From Enoplolaimus lenunculus (lineage: Eukaryota), in contig JASANG010000627.1 of the NCBI GenBank assembly GCA_030248215.1, positions 186,001 through 250,000 on the forward strand: a stretch of 64,000 nt of DNA. The letters run 5' to 3'. Positions 52,617-64,000 of the stretch are shown here, in pieces; the stretch's first letter is position 1, and each line of letters begins with the position of its first letter. Below the pieces are notes generated by a model. It saw nothing but the letters and a program-made list of their open reading frames with translations. It was not told the DNA's origin and did not search any database. Made by a program: the position numbers and the translations under genes.

Positions 52617-55600
52617 GTTTTCCAGATAATTTGGATTGTGCCAAAGTTTGGCAGATATTATTGTAAGTGCATTTCAATAATGGCTGCGAAAAAATTTTTT
52701 ATGATCGACTTTTCCCATATCTGAAAGGAAAGTGCTGGGCAAACGTAATTCATCAAGTATACTTTGCTTCAGATTATTGACACATTTACTGAAGCTATCA
52801 AAACAATAGACCCCAAACAACAAACAGGAAAATTATCGTTGTTATGGATAGCGTTCGCAAAATTTTACGAAGATAATGACCAAATTGATGATGTATGGTT
52901 AAGCTGGGAAAATGAGCATATTCTGTTTGAGTTCCTAAGATATATTGCTGTCAATAATAACTTGCTTGCGCTGCGTATCTTTCAGTAGCTTCAAAAACTT
53001 GTGTATTATGTTGCAAGGAAAGCTTACACTCGGCATGTTCACTTAGCGTAGTTTTCATGGTATGATTAAAGTAGAGTTGCTCCGGACCGGGGCTGAGACA
53101 TTGGTCTCTTCCCAGTACTAACAGGGGTAAAATAATTATTCTGTAAGAATCTATTTTACTTTGTCGAAATATACAGCTGTTTAGTGCTAGGCAAGCATGT
53201 TTTTGTAGGAAAATAAAGTTGAGCTAAACCAAAGATTGCTACATATCATATGATATTTTGTAACGTAAAAATGAAATAAAAGTACATGCTTTATAAATTT
53301 TTTGCATGACCGAAACACTGAATTGTTTCTCAGCTTTTCAACATTTATCCAGTCAAGTAAAGATTGCATTAATGATTTGCACCGGTAAATAAAACATAAC
53401 TCCTGGGTTTGCGCCGGACTCCGACAGATTTCTAGCTAAAAGTAAAAAGTTTCCGTGACCAAGTTCGAAAGTTTCAGCAGAGATGACAAAATTGGAAGTC
53501 GGGTGATTTTAATTGATACTCGATTGAAGTTTAACATGCAGTCACATTAGTTTTATCTAATTAATAAACAGTATATTTACTGTTTAATATGTTTAGACAA
53601 GGGCGGTATTCGAAAAAGCATTGGTGGTACCGTTTGCGAAAGTGGATGAATTGGCAAACGTGTGGACGGAGTACTGTGAAATGGAGTTGCGAAAAGAGTA
53701 ATGATGTTTGTTAGTGGCATGTTTTTAAATTTGTGCTAAAATACGTTTTTTACTCCAAGATTACTTATTGCATGATTGTTCTGGTTTTGGCGCAACAAGA
53801 AGCTTATTTAATGAGGAATATTTGTGTAATTTAATTTGAACTGTATATATATATAGAAAAGGTGCGTGCAAGTATTATTAATCACTGCAGAATCCCTGCC
53901 CGTCAGGAAAACAGTAAATGAAATTTGAGACTTTTTCACGGTAAACATGAAAACAGGAAGACAAATTGAGGTTTCAGGACGAATTTTAATATAGCCGTAA
54001 TGGTGCTTTGCTTATATCAGTAACAGAACCCGAAGCAATTTGCCTTCAACAATCGGGATACTTATAAGAGCCCAGTTGTTGAGCTAAAAAATTTTTGCTG
54101 GAAGTGTCAGGTAAAATTTTTTGAGAAACTAACGCGAGAGTATGCTACTGGTTGAATCATTGTATTACTGCTGTTCTACAACGCTAGATGTCATTGCGCT
54201 ACTATTTTGGATAATGTAATTTGTCTAACTGTTGCGTGTTCAGAATTAGTTTTTGTCACCTATCGGCGGTATGTAAATAACGTTTTTGTTTCAGAAATTT
54301 TTCAAATGCAATTAAACTGATGAAACGAGCCACATCTGCGCCTTCGGTGAAAACTCATTATTTTGATGAGGTGCGAAGAGCACTTTTATTGAGCTAATGA
54401 TAACTGACTAGGTTCAAGATACAAACTTATTTCTGTCCTGTGACAGACGCAATGAGTGTTTTTTCGTTTATAATACTGCCGCTTCAGAACTTACTGCGTT
54501 TTATGTAGTGTACATAAATTCTCAACGATTGACATTTTAATGTTTAAGTTTGGTTCGTATTCAACACAACGTGAGTGTGTGTTGTATATATACCGTTAGT
54601 TTTAGTAAAGTACAACATTTTGTTTTTCAGAGTGAAAGTGTTCAAGCACGTGTGCACAAATCTCTCAAAATTTGGAGTATGTATGCTGATCTAGAAGAAA
54701 GCTTTGGCTCGTTTGATGTTAGTTACAGTAGTATTATAGTTTAGGTACCAGTTGATTCTAGCGATCGAATGTTTTAAAAATACGCAAACTATTGAATTAA
54801 CCATGAGAAAATTTACATTCGGATTCAGCTTTTAGTGTTATTTTTACCTGCTTCTGTTGTGGTTCCCTTATATTCCTAAAACCAACAATACCGATTGTTC
54901 TGTCTCGTTAATCTTTATGTTTTAAATTGCTGTTCGGTTTAAACTACAATGATTTTAAAACATGATTTCGGTTTGCATAATGCAAGCTGTGTAGTTTCAT
55001 AGATATTGTGATGACAAACTGCAAACGTAGATGCTTAAAAATTGTAACAGCAATAAGTACTTTTTTCAGTCATGCAAAGCTGTTTATGATCGAATGATCG
55101 ACATACGAATCGCAACGCCTCAAATAATAATCAATTACGGAATGTTTCTCGAAGAATATAATCATTTTGAAGATGCATTCAAGGTAAAGTTAGTGTGGAG
55201 GGCCTTGACCATTTTTGCCATAATGGAGGGCCTTGACGATTTTTGCCATAATTAAAAGTGTTCTATGATAGCAAAATTGATTTTGCCTTCTATTGAAATT
55301 TTGCTAAGTTTTCCTAAAGCACAAATCGTTGCACATTCGCGTTTAAAACATATTGTTTACCATCCAAAACCGATAATTTAGGGTTACAAGCAATCAAATT
55401 CAGTACTGAAGGGTTTTCGGGTGCAAGAATTCTGAATAAATTGTTTATAACCCTACAAAACCGATGAGCGAACTTCGCTCAATACATGTAGTTGCACTAC
55501 GAGTGCTCTGTATTGTGGTTTGTACTTGTTTTAGGCTTATGAAAGAGGCATTGCTATGTTCAGATGGCCAGTTGTGTACGACATTTGGAACACATATCTC

Positions 55601-58600
55601 ACAAAATTTATCCAACGTTATGTGAGTGTTATTATATTTGTTCTTAATTTTGCCACTTGAGTCTAGTAGATTTTATGTTAATTTAGCGGTACATGCTTGT
55701 TCGCTGAGTTTCAATGTTATTAATGTCCGTTGTACTACATAGAATTCTAAATCTATATATTACTTATTACTTTAGGGTGGCAAGCATCTGCAAGGTCAGA
55801 AATTAGAACGAGCCCGCGATTTGTTCCATCAATGCTTGGAAAACAGTCCCGCGGAATATGCGAAAAGTAATGTGTGATGTGAAAGAAACTGACATCCTTT
55901 TTTCTGATGTATTATTGATTTAGGTTGCAGATTTAACTCAGTGGATTGTGAATTATTGTGTTAGGGCCAATTTTACAAAGATGGAGCGAGCGCAAAACTA
56001 TTTTTACCATTAAGATTAAGATTACTCGAAACTTTAGTTAAGATTATTTTTGACCAGGAATACTCTATCGCAAGTTTTAAGTCAAAAATTATGAAACGGC
56101 ATTTTTTGAATTGGACACCACTTGATTTCGCAGTTTTGATCTCGTTTTCAAAACCTACCGTGCCGAGTTCAGAGCTAATTAGATATCCCATATCTGTTAC
56201 TGTAACAAAGATTAGATTTCGTTTGTTTCAGGTTTGTATTTATTATGGGCGAAGATGGAAGAAGAATACGGCCAGCCACGTAGAGCGATGGAAATTTACG
56301 ATAAAGCAGCCACGCATGTTCCCAAACAGGAAATGTATGAGGTGTGTTTATGTTGATTATTGTTGAAATTCATTTATGGTCGATACTGAAATGTCGATAC
56401 TGAAACGTTGCAATAGTGTTATTATTTTTCGAAGCGGGGGGTTGGGGTAATCAATGCCTTTCTCTTGTTACAGCTTCTGCTGCAGTGGTGTCCATTACTG
56501 CAATAATTTGCAAAGCCGCTTGTTTGTACGAAATCGTGGATATCTGGAATGCTAAGAATATCATTTGTAGCTTTTTGAAGTTGCATAGCAGATATTGTGT
56601 TAAAGCTGTTATCGGGCACCTATTCACAAAAACCCCATGGTACCTCACCTTTTTCGTAGTTACTTCGTAAGACGTCGACTGGGCTAATTTGTTTAATTTT
56701 AGTAAGAGGCTTCTTTTTTGCATAAATTTTGATTCATTTCAGATTTTCAATATTTATATTAAAAAGGCTGCCGAATTGTATGGTGTTACGCATACGCGTC
56801 CCATTTATGAAAAGGCTATAGAAGTTTTGCCTGAAGATCATTCAAGGTTATGAAAATGATAGTTATTGAACTTAGTGTAGCCAACTGACCGCTTTTGTAT
56901 CAGACATGGTTACAGATTGTGATTGTAAAGATGGCTTGTTCATATGATTTTGAGTTTTGTCCGAAATAGCGTCTTAACAAAGTGGTCTTGTTTAAGTTCA
57001 AAAGTTCCACGTTTCAGAAGAAACTTTAGGGTAAAGTCAGATGGTTTGCAAATTTTGTAAAAGCACAGCACAAATTGCAACCGGCGTTTCATGCGAGAAG
57101 ATAAGTTGAAACACATTTTACATAAGCAGACATATTTTATAGGCAAATGTGCATTCGTTTTGCGGAGCTTGAAACGAAGCTTGGAGAAATTGACCGAGCG
57201 CGTGGAGTGTACTCGCATTGCTCCCAGATTTGTGATCCTCGGGTAAGCTTACTTTTGTAATTTGAAATCAAGACTCTACAGTTTTATTTTTTATTTTTAC
57301 TTATCATAGATTATGCAAATTTGACGTGTAAATTTCCTTTTAGGTGTATGACAATTTTTGGAAGTTGTGGAAAGATTTCGAAATCAAGCATGGTAATGAA
57401 GATACCGTACGCGAAATGCTTCGGATTAAGCGTAGCGTTCAAGCTACGTATAACACTCAGGTACAGTAGTTCTAGACAAGTTAGACGGGTTGAGTCGTTC
57501 AACTATTTCAAGTGGCTTTGTGCGTCACTATGCAATGATGGTTTTTCACTTTGATCTAAATTGGACATGAGGTCAGGATTTCTGTCCCGCATGTGCCAGT
57601 AATGTTGACGGTAATTCTGAGCATGGTGTCTCGAAAATATTTCAACCGGTATTTTCTTACTATATGTACATTTGTTTACTGGTTTGTTCGTTAGCTTTAT
57701 TTACAAGTTTTGATTAAAAGAAATCACGCAAATTTGCAGTACGAAAATTGGCCAGAAATCAACATACACTTTGCTAACCTAAACTGGAATGAGCGGTTTT
57801 TCGATGGTGGCGCAGTGGTAGTGGTACAATAAAGTTAATCTAAGTTGAATGACAACGTTTAACATGGTGATTAAATATTCATTTTGGACTTTATGTTTTG
57901 AGGAATATTTTTACTATTTGTGTTCAGCACTATGCAATGATGGTTTTCACTTTGATCTAAATTTATATGTTGCGGCGGATTATATTCAGCCCCATATCAA
58001 TTTTGTTGATATGTTGCGATTCTGAGCATAGTGCTTTCGCATTCGTGGTCTATTTTTCGGCAAATCTTAAAAATAATTATTTAGGTTCTTTAAATTAACA
58101 ATTTGTTTGGTTTGTACAGCGAGTGCCTAAATAATGAATGAATAGTTGAAAATGATCACTGATTCTTTTTAGGTGAATTTTATGTCAGCTCAGATGTTAG
58201 CTGCTTCTGGTCAAACAACAGCCACTGTCGCCGGTTAGTCTATTTTATTCATTAGGAATATGTTGACCTTGGGTTACGTTAAGTTCTAATATGCACGCAG
58301 TTATCTTGCTGAAATATTAATAAACAATACATTTCAGATTGATTCTTAATAATAGGTTAGTAACAAACTCGGGTAAATGTGAGTTTGTTTTATATTATGT
58401 GATTTTATTAAAATTTAATGGTCTCTTTTAGGAATGGAAGCTCATGCAAATGCTGGCGACAGTATGGCCTTGTTGGAAGCTACTGCTCAACAAGTGGCCG
58501 AAACAAGTTCCGGAAAAGCAAATCTGCTTCCTCGTGGTGGTAACATTCTGTTTGTCAGGTAGGAATATTTGCTTCAGAAGTTATGTACCTTTTGTGATTT

Positions 58601-59261
58601 GTTTATTTTCGTTTATGCATGAAATTGCTTTAAACTGTTTTTATCGCATCTTTGCAAAAAATGCAAATTTTATGTAGGATCAAATTATAAGGAACTTTAA
58701 CATATAAACTTTACAACTATCTTTTTATCTTAATACAGTGTTTTCAGTGAACAGAATAGAACATTATGTTTGATTATTTTAGCCAAGCAAGCAGTCTAAC
58801 TCCAGTAGATGGGGATACCTTTAAAAATTACAGACAAGTAGAAAACAAAATGAATAACCCTTTCGCCAATTGCTTTATCTTTAAGCCTAACTGTAAGCAT
58901 GGTACGGGCTTAACGATAGTGATATGGTTCATGACATGGGGTTCATTGTTCCAGAGTTCTAAAAAACATACGCGGCGGGATTAACTAAAACTATTCGTGT
59001 TTCTATTGTAGAGGCGAAACAACCGTGTCGGATCCAGATGCTCGAGGTGAGAGCTCAACCGTTGTACAAAGCAAAAACCCAGATGAAATTGATTTGGATG
59101 ATGCTATTGATGATGATGAGGATGATGCTGATGAGAACGATGAAAGTGATAGTTCAGACGACGCCGAAAACACAGCGAGAGATGTAAATATTGAAAAGCA
59201 GCCTGTGCCCAAAGATGTTTTTGGTGGCTTGATTCCTTCAACTGAAGAAACTGAGAAATAA
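46077..59261 (+). CDS. XAB2: Pre-mRNA-splicing factor SYF1/XAB2 (HAT repeats), about 23 exons
   Basis: [156 protein letters not shown], all on GT-AG exons. Confidence 0.96.
47100..48560. mobile_element. Composite element of diverged ~150-190-bp sub-repeats in inverted blocks; further reverse copies at ~49040-49430 and ~55365-55503
   Basis: Recurrent AATTAGCTATTAG..TATCGG.TTTGAAG..ACAATTTATTCAG units, then their reverse complements; shared terminus GTATTGAGC.AAGCTCG; central GGACAGACGGAC. Helentron/DINE-like affinity is inference only. Confidence 0.6.
49604..49994 (+). mobile_element. Intact hAT-type MITE in XAB2 intron 4
   Basis: TIR CAGGGTGCAACCGGAATT / AATTCCGGTTGCACCCTG, perfect 8-bp TSD CCTCTCGG, subterminal ACCGGA repeats. 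Confidence 0.93.
50060..50295 (+). ncRNA. Candidate structured intronic RNA (unassigned; telomerase-RNA-like or Sm-site RNA)
   Basis: GC-richer island, unique in this window. Contains AAGCCTAA (50074-50081), a possible pseudoknot, hairpins AACCGGG/CCCGGTT, CATTC/GAATG and CCAGT/ACTGG, then ATATAATTTGTG and a further hairpin. Folded by eye only. Confidence 0.25.
52570..52616. repeat. (ATT)n microsatellite
   Basis: Pure ATT run in an XAB2 intron. Confidence 0.95.
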
Positions 59262-61582
59262 AACGAGAAATGAACGAAACATTGGGCTTTAGATTTTTGG
59301 GCAGATTATTTGCGTTGTGGTATCTGTTTGTCTTGTGTATTGGTCTCGATGCAGTCGAGTGCAGTTTCAAAATATAATAGGTCGTGTTTATTTAAAACTA
59401 GTAAAAATAAGATTTTAATGTTCAAAACTGTATTTCTAAGTATATATTAAGGTTTCTGACGTAAGGCTAATCGTGAACTAATTTCGATTGCTTATGACTG
59501 TTGGATAAACAAGTTATGCTGATCAATGCAAATTTTAATGGCATAATAGTAAACGTCGGACGTTGTTTATTTGGCAGAGTTGTAGAAATGAAGTTTGCCC
59601 AAACAGCAGTGCGCAACTGCGCAACCGTAAGGTTGAAAAATACCGGAGTCGAAGGTCAACAAAGTTGTCGGAGCCTGCGCCGTGCGAAATTAGGTAGTCA
59701 AAACAACGTTTAAATTTATCTATAAAGCGTATGAAATTTTGGCGTTAGACTTTTTTGAAGAAATCCCAATCTCAAAGCCAAACTTTGGTTATACCTACTC
59801 TACAACTTAGATAGCTAAAATTATACGGAAGTTTGACCTGCGGCACCGGTAGAATATGTGTCGGAGCTTCCGACAATATTGATAGTTCAATTTTGCATAG
59901 TTTTTACAAAATTTAATATAAGTTTGGTACGTTTAGTTTTAACTTTTCCTACAGTTTTTTTAAGAAAACTGCCGAGAGTGTATACCTAATTTCGCCTCAC
60001 CTCCGGGTGTACGGCAAATTTTTTGACCACGTACTCCGGCATTTTTCGCCTTCGGTTACACCCTGCTACAAAGTGTTGCGAAAAGTTTACGTAGTCTAAC
60101 ATGCTGTTTAAGTAATCATGGACGTTAAACGTTGCAAAATTGCACCAAATTTACAAACTCAATGACCGGCAGGCTACTTACAATGACACGAAAGCTTTCC
60201 CTACCGAAACTGCCGCCAGTTCTGCCAAAAATTAAAACTCAAGTGGAGCGAGAGATAGACGTCTGGTTTTATACACTGGGTTTTACATATTGGCGTAGGT
60301 ATAGCGAGATTGGTTTCTCTTTTAATTATGGTAAACAAAATTGCTGCTCAACAATTTTTCGAAATTTAAAAATTTCAAACGGCCAATGTTACTTTAAGGC
60401 GTGTCACAGTTACTAAAACGCATTGCGGCCCACGAATTAAAAATGAGGGTTGCCGAGCTAACGTGGAAAAACAATATTAATCGGTTCAGATGATTCATAA
60501 TTTGCGCTCTTGCTTTCAGTTACCAGTTTCTGCGCATTTGGTTCGGGAAAACTTGTCTCGAGTTTTTCTAATAACAAAGAAAATTCTAAACTATAATAGC
60601 GCTATTATATACAAATATATTATATACGTATGTACGGCTAAGAATGAACAGCATGAATACGAAGCAGTTATTATAGTTGCTCTCGCATTAAATTTCACGA
60701 AAAAAAAGGAAATTTAGAATATATTTTTGTGTTCACATTTCGAGTATTTTTCGTCTCTATCAACAACCATTTTATATTAATAATTGTCGGTTTCCTTCCG
60801 GTTTATTTCCGCATGAAGGTGTGGGTATATTGCGTCGAAAACGGTGTGTAATCGATGAAAAATGTACTATAATTATTGCTAAAGTGTTGAGTTGAGAGGT
60901 TTAGTTTGATCATGTTTTTAGGCCTTCGCGTGTAGCCATACAGTAGATTTAGATACAAAGAATTGAAATTCTGTTTTCAGTAACAGCCGTAATTTATATA
61001 GGCGACCTGGTCACTATCGCATATACGGTTAAAAGTCTTTTATGCGGACTAATGAACACGTTATTATTACCCGAGCATTGGAGGCACAAGCTTTTGCTGC
61101 GGGATTGAAAATATGCTACTATATTAATACAAAGCAAAGAACATGAAACATGTGCTGCAGGGTACAATCAAATGTCTCTCCATCTGATTCCGACAAAAAA
61201 TTAACCTTCGGATAGGATGGTGTTTTCGCCGAAGCTTGTGGCATTTTTAAGTAAAAGTTAACATACTTTTACAAATATGGCCCAAGTAAAATGTGTTATT
61301 TGGTGCATTTGGCTTTAACTTTTGATATATTTGTGATAAGTTATTGTCACGATTTCTTAAGCAATAAATGATAAACCAAAAGCGTTGCCAACAAATTTAC
61401 TGCTATTTGCTGTTAAAATTAGCAATTAAACACTATTTTAGCTTTATACATAGTTTCTCTTTAGCCTCCAGCTCCTGCTGTGTCAAATTTTGCTGAACTC
61501 GGGCTTTGGTACTTTTCTCCTCCGGTTCATCCTGCTATGAAGATGGTGTTGTTGTTTATACAGTTTTTAAGCTTACAGGGTG

Positions 61583-61771
61583 GGCCAATGTAAGAACAGG
61601 GGCGGAACAGTATTATAAGCTTATTCCTGCATCTAAGCTTAAGCCTAACCGTATGCTTAAGAATGAGTTTATTCCAAAGCCTAATCTAAGCAAAAACAAT
61701 AGTTTAAAGCTTCATCTTACTCTTTTCTAGTTCCACAGAAAAACGTTCCGCCTCTGATCTTTACATGGGCT
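61583..61771 (-). mobile_element. TTAGGC-carrying MITE, copy 9
   Basis: GGCCAATGTAAGAACAGGGGCGGAAC...GATCTTTACATGGGCT; TSD ACAGGGTG/ACATGGTG (7 of 8 match). Confidence 0.85.
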
Positions 61772-64000
61772 ACATGGTGAAAGATGCAGGTGCCAGAGGT
61801 CTGGTGAAGACGAAACAGGAGCTCTAGATTAAGCAAAATTTAGTAGTCAATATAAAATTACATCAGTAGATAAGGAATTGTTTATGTATGTTAAATTTAT
61901 AAAAGACAAGCGTTGTCCAACACAAGCTTTAGGTTCTTTCTTATGAAATCTAATCAATTTAAGCCTCAAAAATTGCCAACAAATTAAAAACTCACTAAAC
62001 AACGGAACATTTAGAAATGTACAAAAAAGTTAAAAATCGGTTCCTGCCTGGCCCAGAACCGGAGGTAGATTTTTGGCTGCATCGTAAATTTTTGCACTGC
62101 CGCTGTACACCCTGCCAGGTATATGCCAGTCAGAGCCAATGATAAATAATACAGTTAAAATGATGCTTAAATCGCAAATTTTAGCAGAAGGTTATATTAA
62201 TGCTGTAATTCAAAATCTTCTTCGTATTTTTCAGTGGTCGTTTGTATGGTCAAAAACCCGTATATAATGAAAGTACGGTAGCGGTTTATTGAAATGTTGC
62301 GAGAAGGGCTCTCTCCATACTGCTTATCTTACAATTTTATTTAGTCTAAATTTTTGAAAATTTTCCGTCAGTGTGTTAAAATGTTATTTATTTATTTATT
62401 TATTTAAATAATTATTTATTTTGAACTTTAATTTGGTTAATTTAAGTGCTTTGAACTATGGAACTGACGTCTTGATTGTTATTTGTTTGTGTATTACAGC
62501 GTTGTTTACGCTATTTCCGTTCAATCACTTTTTCAATTGCGTATTTTTCGGCGAGTTTCAGAATTGAGTTCTGTTGAACTATACTTCTCGGTTGAGGTTT
62601 AATCGATAATGGTTTTAGTCTGAAATCTCTATTAATCAACTCAGAGAACGAGTTAGTTATTTCTGGATATTTCTGAGTTACTACATCGTGACATCATCTG
62701 ATTATAAAATGACTCACGGGCTGTTTATTGATACCGATCTTTAAATTAAAGACACGAACCACATTAAAGTCCATTGTATATTTAATACGAACATAATTTT
62801 TTTAAATACATTTTTATATTTCTTCTAAGCCTCGCTAAGAATATGTCAACGTAGGTACTAAAGCAACATTTCAAATTTTCTAAAAGTTTGAACGATTACC
62901 ATATAAACTTGAAAAAAATACCTTCGTCACTGGCGCCCTACACGGCTAGTTCAGAGTGGCGTTGCAAAGAACTTATTTACATTGGTAGGGGCCGGCACCA
63001 AGTAAATAACTACAATTATTTAGGAATGAGACAAGGAGCTAATAATTTTTAATTGGGTAATCTCTTTACTCAACAGTAGTTATTAATGATTGGAGTGAGG
63101 GGAAACAACCTCACAGGACCCCTTTTCGGCACTTTCCACGGCCAGAATAAAAGCAGGGCTAAAGCGTAATTATCGATCAAAAATGCATGAGAAATTATAT
63201 ACCACTTTTATTGTGGTCTTTACTCAGCGTTGTTAGAGTTGCACATGACCATTGGTGTAATATGTCAAAATGGTTGTTCGTTCATTGCTGTGGGTGCCTG
63301 AAAAATCACTCGCATGCTTTCTGGACATTTCCTTTTATGCCTCTACTGGCTCTAGCACATTGTTTGGTTTTGAATAATTTAAATCACAAAGTATACTGGT
63401 ACGAGTTTAAGGCGTTGTACTTCAATAATTTATGAAAATGTCACAACGAGGTGAATCATATATTATATATATTCTACGTAAATAGAACCAGAAGGTTTCT
63501 ACAATACTGTTTAAAACGTAAAACGTTTAGTAAATTGAACAGTTTTATATATGGCGCGATATCGAGTATCCGATCATGACTCGCTAGCCAACTTTCCAGC
63601 TTCGCTGACGTCATCGGATGGCATATAGAATATCGAAATTTTTGACAACATTTTTTCAATATCGACGGCGGATGATGTAGGGACCTCAAAAATTTTTTTT
63701 TTAAAATTCAAATCTGAGTGAAATTTTTCACAGTACAGTCGTGGGAATTTAAAATATAAAAAATTATAAAAATAGAACCGGTTTAGAGCATACAGTGTCA
63801 CTCACCATCGTTTGTATCTTACAATAATGTTGCAGGCGGTTTATAAGCACCAATTTCAAAAACAAAGCACATGTTTATACTTATGATTTTTCATGCTTAA
63901 GACTGACGGCTATATGCGAGAGCAGACCTATATTCACGAAATAACAAAAGTAGAAATGGTTAAACGTACTCATTACAATTACTGTCTAAACTCACATATG

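Noticed and set aside
58880..58915. Second template-like TAAGCCTAAC in the last XAB2 intron
   Set aside because: It sits in a simple hairpin with GGGCTTAA; I saw no pseudoknot, and there is little room before the acceptor.
63474..63810. Minus-strand ORFs near the window end
   Set aside because: Splice-like signals exist but there is no recognisable protein or consistent frame, and the window truncates the context.

Overview
Intron-rich, AT-rich eukaryotic DNA. It is most likely a nematode (TTAGGC telomere-type hexamers, TTTCAG/TTTTAG acceptors); that it is an early-branching lineage is my inference. The window holds a frameshifted CR1-type LINE (1-2.3 kb) and a 3-exon Bcl-2/CED-9-like gene (4141-6543). 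Next is a ~13-exon secreted gene I assembled by hand (12517-26722): signal peptide, Reeler domain, Gly/Arg/Pro-rich stalk with three RGD motifs, and a C-terminal ShKT-like module. It also contains a divergent SMYD (SET-MYND) gene, a minus-strand polyQ/low-complexity gene and XAB2/SYF1 (46077-59261). Many MITE families are present, including nine copies of a GGCC-ended, 8-bp-TSD element carrying TTAGGC tracts. Strongest oddities: (1) a 13-copy 145-bp array that amplifies a real intron/exon junction of the Reeler gene and could act as in-frame cassette exons; (2) a structured island in XAB2 intron 4 with a telomere-template-like AAGCCTAA followed by a possible pseudoknot (speculative telomerase-RNA or other ncRNA candidate); (3) the telomere-repeat-carrying MITE family. 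All gene models are manual and lack transcript support.
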